A DNA stretch of 64,000 nucleotides from Sphingomonas sp. (GTDB taxonomy: Bacteria > Pseudomonadota > Alphaproteobacteria > Sphingomonadales > Sphingomonadaceae): contig JBQCHQ010000025.1 in assembly GCA_051954515.1 (NCBI GenBank), positions 52,774 to 116,773 on the forward strand, given 5' to 3'. Position numbers and translations under genes: made by a program. Positions 1 to 8,812 of this stretch are shown here, one piece after another. Numbering within the stretch: the first letter of the stretch is position 1; each line of letters opens with the position of its first letter. The notes under the pieces were generated by a model. It was not told the DNA's origin and made no database searches. It was given only the letters and a program-made list of their open reading frames with translations.

Positions 1-481
1 GCTTGGCGCGCACTTCCTCACGCGCGCCCGCGTCAACCAGTTCGTCGACCCCGCCGCCGTTGCGCTTCGCCGCCATCCAGGCGATCGGCAGCGCCCACGC
101 CTTGCTCAGCCGCGACGATGGCGCGGCCTCGGGATCGATCAGCGCCTCGACATCGGCCGAGGTCAGCCACAGATCGGTCAGCGGCTCGAGCGACTGCCCT
201 GCCGAGATCGCTTGCGCCAGGAACACCCCATTGATGCCGCCCGCGCTGGCGCCGGCGATGATGTCGACCAGCAGCCTGAGCTTGACCTGCGCGACCTGCT
301 CGATCTCCTCGAACATCGCGCGATAGATGCCCTGGCTGCCGCCCCCAATCGGATCGCCGGCATGAAACGCCCGGCTCGCCTTGGCGAAGCGCCAGATCTC
401 CTTGGTAATGCCGTGCATGTAAACGGCGAGGCTGATCCCGCCGTAGCACACCAGCGCGAGCCGCACTTCCTTCTCGCGCAT
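1..481 (-). CDS. Patatin-like phospholipase (DUF3376-associated type), N-terminal part; runs off window
   Basis: Manual translation from ATG at 481: MREKEVRLALVCYGGISLAVYMHG...DIIAGASAGGING (Gly-rich oxyanion loop and GxSxG); not in the ORF track because it is truncated. Confidence 0.85.
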   Translation of the reverse strand, partial: MREKEVRLALVCYGGISLAVYMHGITKEIWRFAKASRAFHAGDPIGGGSQGIYRAMFEEIEQVAQVKLRLLVDIIAGASAGGINGVFLAQAISAGQSLEPLTDLWLTSADVEALIDPEAAPSSRLSKAWALPIAWMAAKRNGGGVDELVDAGAREEVRAK

Positions 482-499
482 CGCCTAACGCTCTCCGGT

Positions 500-588
500 C
501 CGTTCGTGCTCGGCTTGTCGAAGCACCGTTTCTCTCTTCGGACATCGTAGTAAGAAGAACCGCCCTTCGACAAGCTCGGGGCGAACGG
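500..588. repeat. Palindromic REP/MITE-like element, family A (CCGTTCG-CCTGAGCTTGTCGAAG...CTTCGACAAGCTCAG-CGAACGG)
   Basis: ccgttcgtgctcggcttgtcgaagc ... cccttcgacaagctcggggcgaacgg; related copies at 7 other loci in the window. Confidence 0.85.
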
Positions 589-590
589 TC

Positions 591-1286
591 TCAGACGCGG
601 CGTTCCACCACCGCCCAGATCGGCAGATGGTCCGAGGCGATCCGCGCGGTCGCGCTGTCATGCACCCCGCACTCGACGATGCGCAACTCCGGCGAGACCA
701 TGATCTTGTCGAGCCGCGCCACCGGCCGCCGCGCATGAAAGCTCGGCCCGGTATCGGCGACGGTATAGCCGCGCCGGAAGTCGCGCATCGCGCCCGTCGC
801 CGCGCTCCATTCGTTGAGATCGCCCATCATCACCGTTGGCAACCGGGTCATCGAGACCTCGACATGGCTCATGATCGCATGTGCCTGCCGCCGCCGCCAC
901 AGGCCGGACAGATCGAGATGCATGCCGACCACGCGCATCACTTCGTCGCCCAGCCGGACATCCGCCATCACGGCCCCACGCGGCTCGAGCGCAGGCAGGA
1001 AGATCGGCTCACGATCGAGCACCTCCGCCTCGCGCCGCACCAGGATGGCATTGCCATGCCAGCCCATCGAGGCTTCTTTCGTGCCGAACGGCACCGCCTG
1101 CCAGGCCGAGCCGGCGATCAGATGCCCATGGATCACCTGCGCCCGCGCCCCGAACCGCCGATCGGCCTCCTGCAAGCAAACGATATCGGCATCGATCTCC
1201 ACGAGCACCTCCAGAATCCGATCCGGCCGCCGCCGCCGATCGGTCCCGATCCCCTTGCGCATATTGTAACTGGCGACCTTGATCAT
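591..1286 (-). CDS. Endonuclease/exonuclease/phosphatase (EEP) family protein
   Basis: Motifs ASYN, DIVCLQE, GDLN, LD, SDHLP. Confidence 0.9.
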   Translation of the reverse strand: MIKVASYNMRKGIGTDRRRRPDRILEVLVEIDADIVCLQEADRRFGARAQVIHGHLIAGSAWQAVPFGTKEASMGWHGNAILVRREAEVLDREPIFLPALEPRGAVMADVRLGDEVMRVVGMHLDLSGLWRRRQAHAIMSHVEVSMTRLPTVMMGDLNEWSAATGAMRDFRRGYTVADTGPSFHARRPVARLDKIMVSPELRIVECGVHDSATARIASDHLPIWAVVERRV

Positions 1287-1337
1287 TCCGCTAGGGTAAC
1301 GCGGAATGCAGCGGCGGGGTTGCGGAGGGAAGCGAAC

Positions 1338-1742
1338 TCAATCGCCGGTGACCTCGCCTTCGTCATCCTTGAGCCCAGCCTTGACCCGCCGCGACCGCAC
1401 TTCGTTGATCAGGTCTTCAACCTCGGACAGCAGCTTGCGCCCCTCATCGCTCTTGCCGTTAGTGTCCTCCGGATCGGCCGCGAACAACGCCTTCATCCGC
1501 GCTGCCAGATCGATAAGCTGGGCATACCGCTCTTCGCCGAGCTTCTTCCGAACGACGCCAAAGCTTTCTATCAGTTCTTGAAAGGTGGTGTCGATATTTT
1601 CCTCGGGGAAATAGCCCGTTTCATCAACGAAGGTCGGCGCGCCCAGCCACATCGATCCGATCAGATCGTCAATCTCGCTCAGTGTTTGCGGGATGTACGG
1701 GTTCGGATTGTGATACGAGCTGATATAGGATCGGCCTGTCAC
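1338..1742 (-). CDS. Putative immunity protein (acidic, helical, 134 aa)
   Basis: GTG start overlaps the stop of the upstream putative toxin (GTGA) with a GGAG SD; D/E-rich; function inferred from context. Confidence 0.6.
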   Translation of the reverse strand: MTGRSYISSYHNPNPYIPQTLSEIDDLIGSMWLGAPTFVDETGYFPEENIDTTFQELIESFGVVRKKLGEERYAQLIDLAARMKALFAADPEDTNGKSDEGRKLLSEVEDLINEVRSRRVKAGLKDDEGEVTGD

Positions 1743-2845
1743 TGTTTCTCTCCGCGAGGAATGATGTAGGTATTATTGCGTCCGAGCTGCCGAGGTCGGA
1801 TGATGACTACATAAGCTGGTCGAAAATCCGCATCAAAGAACCCACGAACCTGCGGTGTTCGACCTGTTTTTGCGGCGAGCGTGACGTCGAACGCAACATT
1901 GCCAACACGCGCATCCGGACGCCGATAAGTGAGCTCACTACCCGAACTATTATTTTCGCGCCGGTTTACGCGGACAGGCCCCCTGCCAGCCGACTCGATG
2001 CCATATTGATTATACTGCCTGCGCAAACGCCTGCGAACTTCTCTATCGATGTAATTTCCGAGAGCCTCTTGTTCGGAAAGCCGCACTTTGAGTCTGCCCG
2101 CCCGAAGCAGCCGAATTCCCCGAGTATAGGCTTTATCTACCTGCGCCTGTACAAATCGCAGCGTTTCGACCTGTAGAGGGCGCAGTTCGCTCTTCACTCG
2201 AAAGAAAGCGGCAGCACGTTCGAAGCGGAGGTCATTGAGCTGGTTGATCTGCCCCTGCAGTGTCTCTGGGAAGCCCAGCGAATAGAAATGATAGTTCGGG
2301 TCAAGCGCCTTGATCTGCTCGATCAGCCGGTTCGACCAGTTCTTCGTTAGTTCCGCCGTCAACTCCCTCGATGGGCCGGAGAAATCGAACACGTTGTCGG
2401 CCAGCGCAACAATGGCGCCACCGGGTGTGTCGCGCAGCGATGGGAAAACCTGCTCCAGCGTCATCGGGTCTTCGAAGGCGCGGATGTTGCCGCCTCTCGG
2501 CTCGATGCTGGGCGCAAATCCGGCTGGTTGGAATGTCGCCTCCGCTATCTCGGGTCGATAGACTGCATCCAAAATCGTCGCGCTGGCCGGATCGTCAGCA
2601 ATGCTGGCGTCGGACGGCGCCGGCGCGCTCGGAGATCTCGGCCGCGATGCCGAGCGTCGATCCGATACAATCGGATGATGCAACGACCGCGGCCCGCCGG
2701 GCGCGAAGGTGAAGCGGCCGTTACGAGGATCGTGATAGGGATTGAACTTGCATTCGGTTCCGTCAAACGACGGGGCTGCAAGCCAGAACCCCGTCCGCAG
2801 CCAGTGCGAAAACACCTGTCGTGATTGTGTGGCCGAAACTGCCAT
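1739..2845 (-). CDS. Putative polymorphic toxin with C-terminal PD-(D/E)xK-like nuclease domain
   Basis: N-terminal FxxWLRTG...KFNPYHDPRNGRFTF, S/P/A linker, basic C-terminus with RRPDARVGNVAFDVTLAAKT; lower GC than flanks; SD-like GGGGA upstream. Confidence 0.6.
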   Translation of the reverse strand: MAVSATQSRQVFSHWLRTGFWLAAPSFDGTECKFNPYHDPRNGRFTFAPGGPRSLHHPIVSDRRSASRPRSPSAPAPSDASIADDPASATILDAVYRPEIAEATFQPAGFAPSIEPRGGNIRAFEDPMTLEQVFPSLRDTPGGAIVALADNVFDFSGPSRELTAELTKNWSNRLIEQIKALDPNYHFYSLGFPETLQGQINQLNDLRFERAAAFFRVKSELRPLQVETLRFVQAQVDKAYTRGIRLLRAGRLKVRLSEQEALGNYIDREVRRRLRRQYNQYGIESAGRGPVRVNRRENNSSGSELTYRRPDARVGNVAFDVTLAAKTGRTPQVRGFFDADFRPAYVVIIRPRQLGRNNTYIIPRGEKQ

Positions 2846-2874
2846 GCCGCTGTCCCCGTCCCCTCTAGCGGCGA

Positions 2875-2906
2875 GAACATCTGAGCAACATTTTCCAACA
2901 AGTCAA
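2875..2906 (-). promoter_or_regulatory. Promoter (TTGACT -35) with LexA-like box GTTG-N7-GTTC over the -10 region
   Basis: Minus strand TTGACTtgttggaaaatGTTGctcagatGTTC; alphaproteobacterial LexA consensus GTTC-N7-GTTC, 1 mismatch. Confidence 0.55.
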
Positions 2907-2939
2907 CTGGTGTAGTGCCAGCCGATGCCGACAACCACC

Positions 2940-3035
2940 CGTCACCCCGGACTTGCTCCGGGGTCCACCCATCCGCGATCCCACCGACTTTTGATCTTGC
3001 GGCACGGTGGATGCCGGAACGAGTCCGGCATGACG
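2940..3035. repeat. CGTC-tagged REP doublet, family B
   Basis: cgtcaccccggacttgctccggggtccacc ... ggtggatgccggaacgagtccggcatgacg; two inverted hairpin units. Confidence 0.85.
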
Positions 3036-3055
3036 AATGATGCGTTGCGAAGTAT

Positions 3056-4948
3056 CTACCCAAACACCCGCTTCATCGCCCGCTGCAGCATCATCAGCTG
3101 CCACAGCGTCCGTCCGTGCTCGGCGCGGCCGAAGCGGTGGTCGTCGGCGAGTTTCTCGATCGCCGCCATCTCGAACCACCCCGTCCCCGCCAGCGTCCGC
3201 GATCGTGCCAATGCCGCAGCCTCGTCCGCCAGGCTCCCACGGAACCACGCGCTGATCGGCGTCACGAACCCCATCTTGGGCCGGTAGAGCACTTCGCGCG
3301 GCAGATACGGCTCCAGCGCCTTCTTCATCAGCCACTTGCCCTCGCCGCCGCGCAGCCGCATCGACACCGGCACCGTCGCGGCAAATTCGAGCAGCCGATA
3401 ATCAAGCAGCGGCTCGCGCGCCTCCAGGCTGACGGCCATGCTGGTGCGATCGGTCTTGGTCAGAATGTCGCCGGGCAGCCAGTGCTTGATGTCTGCATAT
3501 TGCGCGCGACCGAGCGCGTCGCGCGCCGGCGCCTCGCGCATCGTTTGCACATAGCGCGTCTCGGCGCGATGCCCGCCGAGCGCTCGCTTCGCCGTCTCGC
3601 TGAACAACGCCGCGCGCACCCCCGGCGTCGTCACCCCCACCGCGCCGGCATAGGCCTCCGCCCCGTCGCCGGCGAGCGCGAGCAGCGTCGTCTTGGCGCG
3701 AAACGCCCGCGGCGCCCAGTCGGCCTTGGGATACCAGCCGCCGAGCGTCCCGAACACCGATCGCCTGATGCCAGCGGGAAACAGCCCGCGCACCCGCTCC
3801 TCGGCCGCCTGGAATTTGTAGCGCCGATACCCCACCAGCGCCTCGTCCGCGCCGTCGCCCGACAGCGCCACCGTCACGCTCTCGCGCGCCAGCTCACAGA
3901 CGCGGTAGGTCGCCAGCGCCGAGGCATCGGCGAACGGCTCGTCGAACGCGCCGACCAGCGTATCGATCAACGCGAAATCATCCGCCGCGACCACGCGTTC
4001 GCGGTGATCCGTGGCGAAGCGCCGCGCGACCGCGCCGGCATAGGTGCGCTCATCATGCCCGGCTTCGTCGAACCCGATCGTGCAGGTCTTCACCGCGCGC
4101 TTCGACGCCTCGGCCATCAGCGCGACCACGCCCGAACTGTCGACCCCGCCCGACAGGAACGCGCCGAGCGGCACGTCCGCCACCAGCCGCGAGCGCACCG
4201 CGGCGCGCATCCGCTCGATCCATTCCTCGCCCAGCGCGCGCGCCGATCCCCGCGCGCGGTTGGAAAAGTCGATGTCCCACCATTGCGACGGGTTCGGCAC
4301 CGGCTTGCCGCGCTCGATCAGCAGGTGATGCCCCGCCGCGAGCTTCTTCACGCCGGCGACCAGGCAGGCATCGTCGGGCACATAGCCCAGCGCCATGAAG
4401 TCCTCGACCGCGCGGATATCGGGCGTGCGCCGCAGCAGCGGATGCGCGAGCAGCCCCTTCAATTCGGAGGCGAACGCCAGCGCTCCGTCGGAAAGTTCGA
4501 CATAATGAAGCGGCTTCACCCCCAGCCGGTCGCGCGCCAGGAACAGGCTCCGCGTCTTCGCATCGTGCAGCGCGAAGGCGAACATGCCGTTCAGCCGGTC
4601 GAGCATCGCCGGCCCCCAGGCGAGCCAGCCGTGGATCAGCACCTCGGTATCGCTCTCGGTGCGAAACACCGCGCCTTTGGCTTCGAGCTCGGCGCGAACC
4701 TCGCGGAAATTGTAGATCTCGCCGTTATAGGTGACGGTGACTCGCGCGTCGGCCGAGGCCATCGGCTGCGCGCCGCCGCCCAGATCGATGATCGACAGTC
4801 GCCGATGCCCGAAGCCGACGCCGGGGGCAGTCCACACGCCGCTCCCGTCCGGCCCGCGATGCGCCAGCACGTCGGTCATCGCCCGGATGCGCGCCGGATC
4901 GACCGGCTTGGGCGTGGCCGGATAGAACAGCCCGGCAATCCCGCACAT
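3056..4948 (-). CDS. XrtA/PEP-CTERM system amidotransferase (asparagine synthetase B-like)
   Basis: MCGIAG, HRGPD, GHRRLSIID, NGEIYN, LSGGVDS, SGDGADE; adjacent to exosortase. Confidence 0.93.
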   Translation of the reverse strand: MCGIAGLFYPATPKPVDPARIRAMTDVLAHRGPDGSGVWTAPGVGFGHRRLSIIDLGGGAQPMASADARVTVTYNGEIYNFREVRAELEAKGAVFRTESDTEVLIHGWLAWGPAMLDRLNGMFAFALHDAKTRSLFLARDRLGVKPLHYVELSDGALAFASELKGLLAHPLLRRTPDIRAVEDFMALGYVPDDACLVAGVKKLAAGHHLLIERGKPVPNPSQWWDIDFSNRARGSARALGEEWIERMRAAVRSRLVADVPLGAFLSGGVDSSGVVALMAEASKRAVKTCTIGFDEAGHDERTYAGAVARRFATDHRERVVAADDFALIDTLVGAFDEPFADASALATYRVCELARESVTVALSGDGADEALVGYRRYKFQAAEERVRGLFPAGIRRSVFGTLGGWYPKADWAPRAFRAKTTLLALAGDGAEAYAGAVGVTTPGVRAALFSETAKRALGGHRAETRYVQTMREAPARDALGRAQYADIKHWLPGDILTKTDRTSMAVSLEAREPLLDYRLLEFAATVPVSMRLRGGEGKWLMKKALEPYLPREVLYRPKMGFVTPISAWFRGSLADEAAALARSRTLAGTGWFEMAAIEKLADDHRFGRAEHGRTLWQLMMLQRAMKRVFG

Positions 4949-4950
4949 CT

Positions 4951-6561
4951 CTAGCTGCCGATCGGCGCTGCGGCGCGCGGGGCGGACGGTGCCTCACCCA
5001 CTCCCGTTCGCCCTGAGCCTGTCGAAGGGCGATTGGCACCCGCAACCCGATCCGCCAGCACATCGATTGGCCCGAGCGCGCTCAGAAACCGCTCGATCGC
5101 CACGCGCGGATCGCGGCCCGGCAGGATTTCCGCCGAGACATGCACCGCCACCGCGCGCTGCGGCCCGCCGAGGAACTTCGCCTTCAAGGTTTCCACTTTC
5201 ACGACACTCGGATTCGCGGTGACGACATCGCCGATCCGATACCATGTCGCAACGATCCGTTCGACATTGCCCGGCGCGGTGATCCGCATCGCGCTGCCGC
5301 CGTCGATCGGCGTCACGTCCTCGACGCGCACCCAGGCGTCGTTCTCGCGCAGCACGCCCGTCCCGAAGGTCACCACTTCCTTGCCGTCATGCTGCCCGCC
5401 GAACTCCGCGATCGAGAGGTCCACTGCATCGCCCGCCGCGTCGGCGTAGCGGCCGATCAGGAAGCGGTCGGCGGCGGGGTAATAAGGCACCCAGGGCGCC
5501 CGCGTGCTGAGCGGCGCGCGCGTCCATCCCGGCACTTGGGGCAGGTCGATATGGTCCGGCAGAGCATCCGCACGAAAAACGATGGCATTGCCCCACACCG
5601 GAAAAATTCCGGCCGTCGCGACGACCAGCGCCACCCCCGCCCACAAGGCGACTCTAGCGCGCGGCGCCGCTTGCAAACGGCTCACATCCACCCACGGCGC
5701 CAGCGGATCGCGGTCGAACCAGCGCCACCCGATCGCCAGCACCGCGGCCATCACCAGCCCGAAGAAAATCCAGCCGTAAACGATATGGTCGTAGCCCGTC
5801 GCAGCCTCGACCGAGGTCAGGTACGCGGCATAGATCGTCCCGAACGCGCGCACCGCATTGGCAAGGATCGGCACCACGAGGGCGACGGCCATGAACGCGA
5901 TCCGCCGCCGCCAGGAGATGAAGCAGACATTGGCGACGAGCACGCCGAACGCGATCATCGCGATCTCGAACTTGGCGCCCGAGCATGCCTCGGCGACTTC
6001 GAAATAGCCGTTGGGGATGGTGATGAGCACGCCATTGACCGTCGCGGGCACGCGCACCGCGTGGAGCATCGGCATCACCATCGCCACGGTGACGTTCTGC
6101 AGCGGCCCCTCCATGCTCTCCCCGAACGGCACGAGGAAGAAGGCGTAAGCCATCGGAAATAACAGCGCCCGCGCCACCATAGGCCCGAGCAAGGCGATCA
6201 CCGCCCCCTGCAGCATGACGACCAGTCCGAGCTGCTCGAACAGGTCGACGCTCGCCGCGTCGCCGACCAGCCACACCCCGCCGCCGCCGGCGACCCAGGC
6301 AAGGCCGGGCCACCACGCGACGGGGGTCAGTTGCGCGAGATCGCTCCGCCGCTGCCACACCAGCCAGGCGATCACCGGCCCGATGAACAGGCAATGCCCG
6401 AAGGTCGTGCTCGTCCACCATAAGTCTGTGAGCTTGGCGACATCGTCATGGAAAATCGCCAGAATCGCGACGCAGGCGATTGCCAGCGCCAGAAGATGGC
6501 GTCGCCACGCGGCCGCGGTGTCCGCTGCGACAAACGCGTTGGAGGGGACTGCGATCGTCAT
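4951..6561 (-). CDS. xrtA: Exosortase A with C-terminal EpsI domain
   Basis: Multi-TM protein; FEVAEACSG, NAVR, DHIVYGW (Cys-Arg-His triad); EpsI-like C-terminus. Confidence 0.93.
   Translation of the reverse strand: MTIAVPSNAFVAADTAAAWRRHLLALAIACVAILAIFHDDVAKLTDLWWTSTTFGHCLFIGPVIAWLVWQRRSDLAQLTPVAWWPGLAWVAGGGGVWLVGDAASVDLFEQLGLVVMLQGAVIALLGPMVARALLFPMAYAFFLVPFGESMEGPLQNVTVAMVMPMLHAVRVPATVNGVLITIPNGYFEVAEACSGAKFEIAMIAFGVLVANVCFISWRRRIAFMAVALVVPILANAVRAFGTIYAAYLTSVEAATGYDHIVYGWIFFGLVMAAVLAIGWRWFDRDPLAPWVDVSRLQAAPRARVALWAGVALVVATAGIFPVWGNAIVFRADALPDHIDLPQVPGWTRAPLSTRAPWVPYYPAADRFLIGRYADAAGDAVDLSIAEFGGQHDGKEVVTFGTGVLRENDAWVRVEDVTPIDGGSAMRITAPGNVERIVATWYRIGDVVTANPSVVKVETLKAKFLGGPQRAVAVHVSAEILPGRDPRVAIERFLSALGPIDVLADRVAGANRPSTGSGRTGVGEAPSAPRAAAPIGS
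5004..5030. repeat. Half copy of family A element inside the xrtA 3' end
   Basis: ccgttcgccctgagcctgtcgaagggc, read as RPSTGSGRTG in XrtA. Confidence 0.8.
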
Positions 6562-7760
6562 GCCGCGCTCCGCTTTTCCGCGCGGCCGAAACCCATGATC
6601 GGGTCGAGCGCCGCCAGCCGAGCATCCCAGCCGTATCGCGCCATCACTCGCGCCCGCGCCGCCGCTCCAAGAACATCGGCAGCGCGGCGATCGCGGATCA
6701 ACTCGACCACCGCCGCGGCAAATTCAGGCGCGTCCGCGGCGACGCGAATCGTACCGTCATGATCGATCCCCTCGGCGGCGGCGGGCGAGGCAACCACCGG
6801 CCGCGCCATCGCCATCGCCTCGAGCACCTTGTTCTGCACGCCGCGCGCGAGTTGTAACGGCGCGACGACGACCGCGGCCGCCGCCAGCCAGCCCCGCACG
6901 TCGGGCACCTCGCCCGTCACGGCGACGCCGGGCAAGGCCGCCAGCGCAGCCACGCGCGCCTCAGGCTTGCGTCCGACGATGGCGAACCGCGCCTCTGGCA
7001 CGGTATCGCGCACCAGCGGCAGGATGCGCCGCGCGAAGCGCTCGACCGCGTCGACATTGGGGCGATAATCCATCTGCCCCGTGAAGACGATCAGCGGACC
7101 GCCCTCTTCCACCGCCGCGAAGGTCGCAGCGGGATCGAAATGCGCCGTGTCGATCCCGTTTTCCACGGCAACGGCATTCGCCCCGCCCTGCGCGCGGAAC
7201 AGTGCCGCCTCGGCCTCGCTCACGAACAGGCTGGCATCCGCCCGCGTCGCCACGCGCCGCTCGAATGCGCCGAGCAGACGCGCCTCGCGCCGCATCATCC
7301 AGCGCATCGGCCCCCGTGCCTCGTCGGCATAGGACGCGAACTTGGCCGAATCCATATCGACGAAATCCATCACCACACGGCCGCCGAAGCTAGCTGGAAT
7401 GTACTGCGCCATTTGCCCGGAAAAGACGAATATCGTTTCGATATCATCTGTTGCGGCAATTTTTTCGACAGCAGCTGCAAGCCCGCTCGAACCAAAGGCC
7501 GTGAGCGAAACCGGCTTGCCGCTCGTTAGCGCTTCGGCCGCTGCGCGCAGATTTCCCCTGCTACGGTCGACGATCATCCGGCTCGCGGTGAATGGCGCCA
7601 GCGCGGCATCGTGGCCACGATCGGCATCGTCGTCAGCAAAGGCGATCAGGTGAACCCGCGCCTGCGCCGCAATGTGCCGCAGCAGGTGATAGCTGCGGAT
7701 CTTGTCGCCGCGGTTGGGCGGATAGGGCACGCGATGCGCCAGGAACAGCACGTCGCCCAT
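6558..7760 (-). CDS. GT4 glycosyltransferase, PEP-CTERM/XrtA-associated (TIGR03087-like)
   Basis: MGDVLFLAHRVPYPPNRGDKIRS; RGVQNKVLEAMA; start overlaps the FemAB stop. Confidence 0.9.
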   Translation of the reverse strand: MGDVLFLAHRVPYPPNRGDKIRSYHLLRHIAAQARVHLIAFADDDADRGHDAALAPFTASRMIVDRSRGNLRAAAEALTSGKPVSLTAFGSSGLAAAVEKIAATDDIETIFVFSGQMAQYIPASFGGRVVMDFVDMDSAKFASYADEARGPMRWMMRREARLLGAFERRVATRADASLFVSEAEAALFRAQGGANAVAVENGIDTAHFDPAATFAAVEEGGPLIVFTGQMDYRPNVDAVERFARRILPLVRDTVPEARFAIVGRKPEARVAALAALPGVAVTGEVPDVRGWLAAAAVVVAPLQLARGVQNKVLEAMAMARPVVASPAAAEGIDHDGTIRVAADAPEFAAAVVELIRDRRAADVLGAAARARVMARYGWDARLAALDPIMGFGRAEKRSAA

Positions 7761-8812
7761 CAACCGAGCCCTCGAGCGATCGGCGGACCGATCCGGTTGG
7801 CGAGCCATAGCGGCAGTTTCTTCCACGCCGCGACCTGCAGGCGATAGCGCGGGCTGTTGGGATTGATTTCTCGTGGCGCGGCGCCCGCCGCGGTGCGCAC
7901 GGCATAAGCGAGCGGATGCGGCTCGAAGCCCCAATTCTTCTTGAACGCCGCCGGCCCCGTGCCCGCCTTGGAGCGCCCGAAGTCGAACCGCGTGCACCCG
8001 CGCTCGCGCGCGTGGCGCATCAGCGCGAAGTACATCAGGTCATTGGCGCGCAATCCACGCGCGGCAAAAGTCCCGCCTCCCCAATAGGGATAGACCGTAT
8101 TATTGAAATACAAGCTCAATACGCTCGCGACCGCAACGCCGCGATGGCGTACGGTCAGAATGTCGGCTTCGTTACCCAAAGCACCGGCGACCTCACGGAA
8201 TAGGGACTTCGGAAAGACCGGAGTGCCGAGATTGCGAACCGATTGTGCATAAGCCGCATAATGTGCCGCGAGGTCGCGCTCCCGCGTGCCTGTCTCGATC
8301 GTCAGATCTTTATCCAGCGCTTTCCTCACCTCGGCCCGCTGCTTGCGCGGAATTGCCTTCAACTCCGCTTCGTCATCGCTGGCGAGCGGGCGTGCAAAGC
8401 CCAGATACGTCTCTTCGTCCAATTGCCAGCCCGCACCCCGCGTCGGCCCGCCGCGCAGCTCGAGCGTCGGGCAACCGAGCCGTTCGGCAAGCTGCCACGC
8501 CGCCTCGATCAGCGCCGTCACCGTCGTCTCGTCATGCGCCAGCACGCCGCCGTCCACCGCGAACCCGCTCGACACCAAAGCGCTGCCGAACAGCGCCGAG
8601 CGGACATGCGTCAGCGGCAGCACGCCGGCCACGGCGCCGTCGCGCTCGGCGACGAGATAATGCGCGCGCTGGCGGCAGCCGCGCTCGATCCCGCGGCTCC
8701 ACCCCGTCAGGCGGAACGGCGTCGCATCGCGATGCTCACGGACGAAAGTGTCGACTCGCGCGCATTCCTCCCGGTCACGAAGATCGGCAGCACGGAGCGC
8801 CGGCGGCGTCAT
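7760..8812 (-). CDS. FemAB-related protein, PEP-CTERM/XrtA system
   Basis: SVRNLGTPVFP, PYWGGG, FDFGRSK...FKKNWG (GNAT/FemAB). Confidence 0.9.
   Translation of the reverse strand: MTPPALRAADLRDREECARVDTFVREHRDATPFRLTGWSRGIERGCRQRAHYLVAERDGAVAGVLPLTHVRSALFGSALVSSGFAVDGGVLAHDETTVTALIEAAWQLAERLGCPTLELRGGPTRGAGWQLDEETYLGFARPLASDDEAELKAIPRKQRAEVRKALDKDLTIETGTRERDLAAHYAAYAQSVRNLGTPVFPKSLFREVAGALGNEADILTVRHRGVAVASVLSLYFNNTVYPYWGGGTFAARGLRANDLMYFALMRHARERGCTRFDFGRSKAGTGPAAFKKNWGFEPHPLAYAVRTAAGAAPREINPNSPRYRLQVAAWKKLPLWLANRIGPPIARGLG

Noticed and set aside
1298-1323. GCAAC-N17-CGTT ECF-like promoter before the EEP gene
   Set aside because: The -35 is mismatched and such motifs are frequent by chance; too weak to call.
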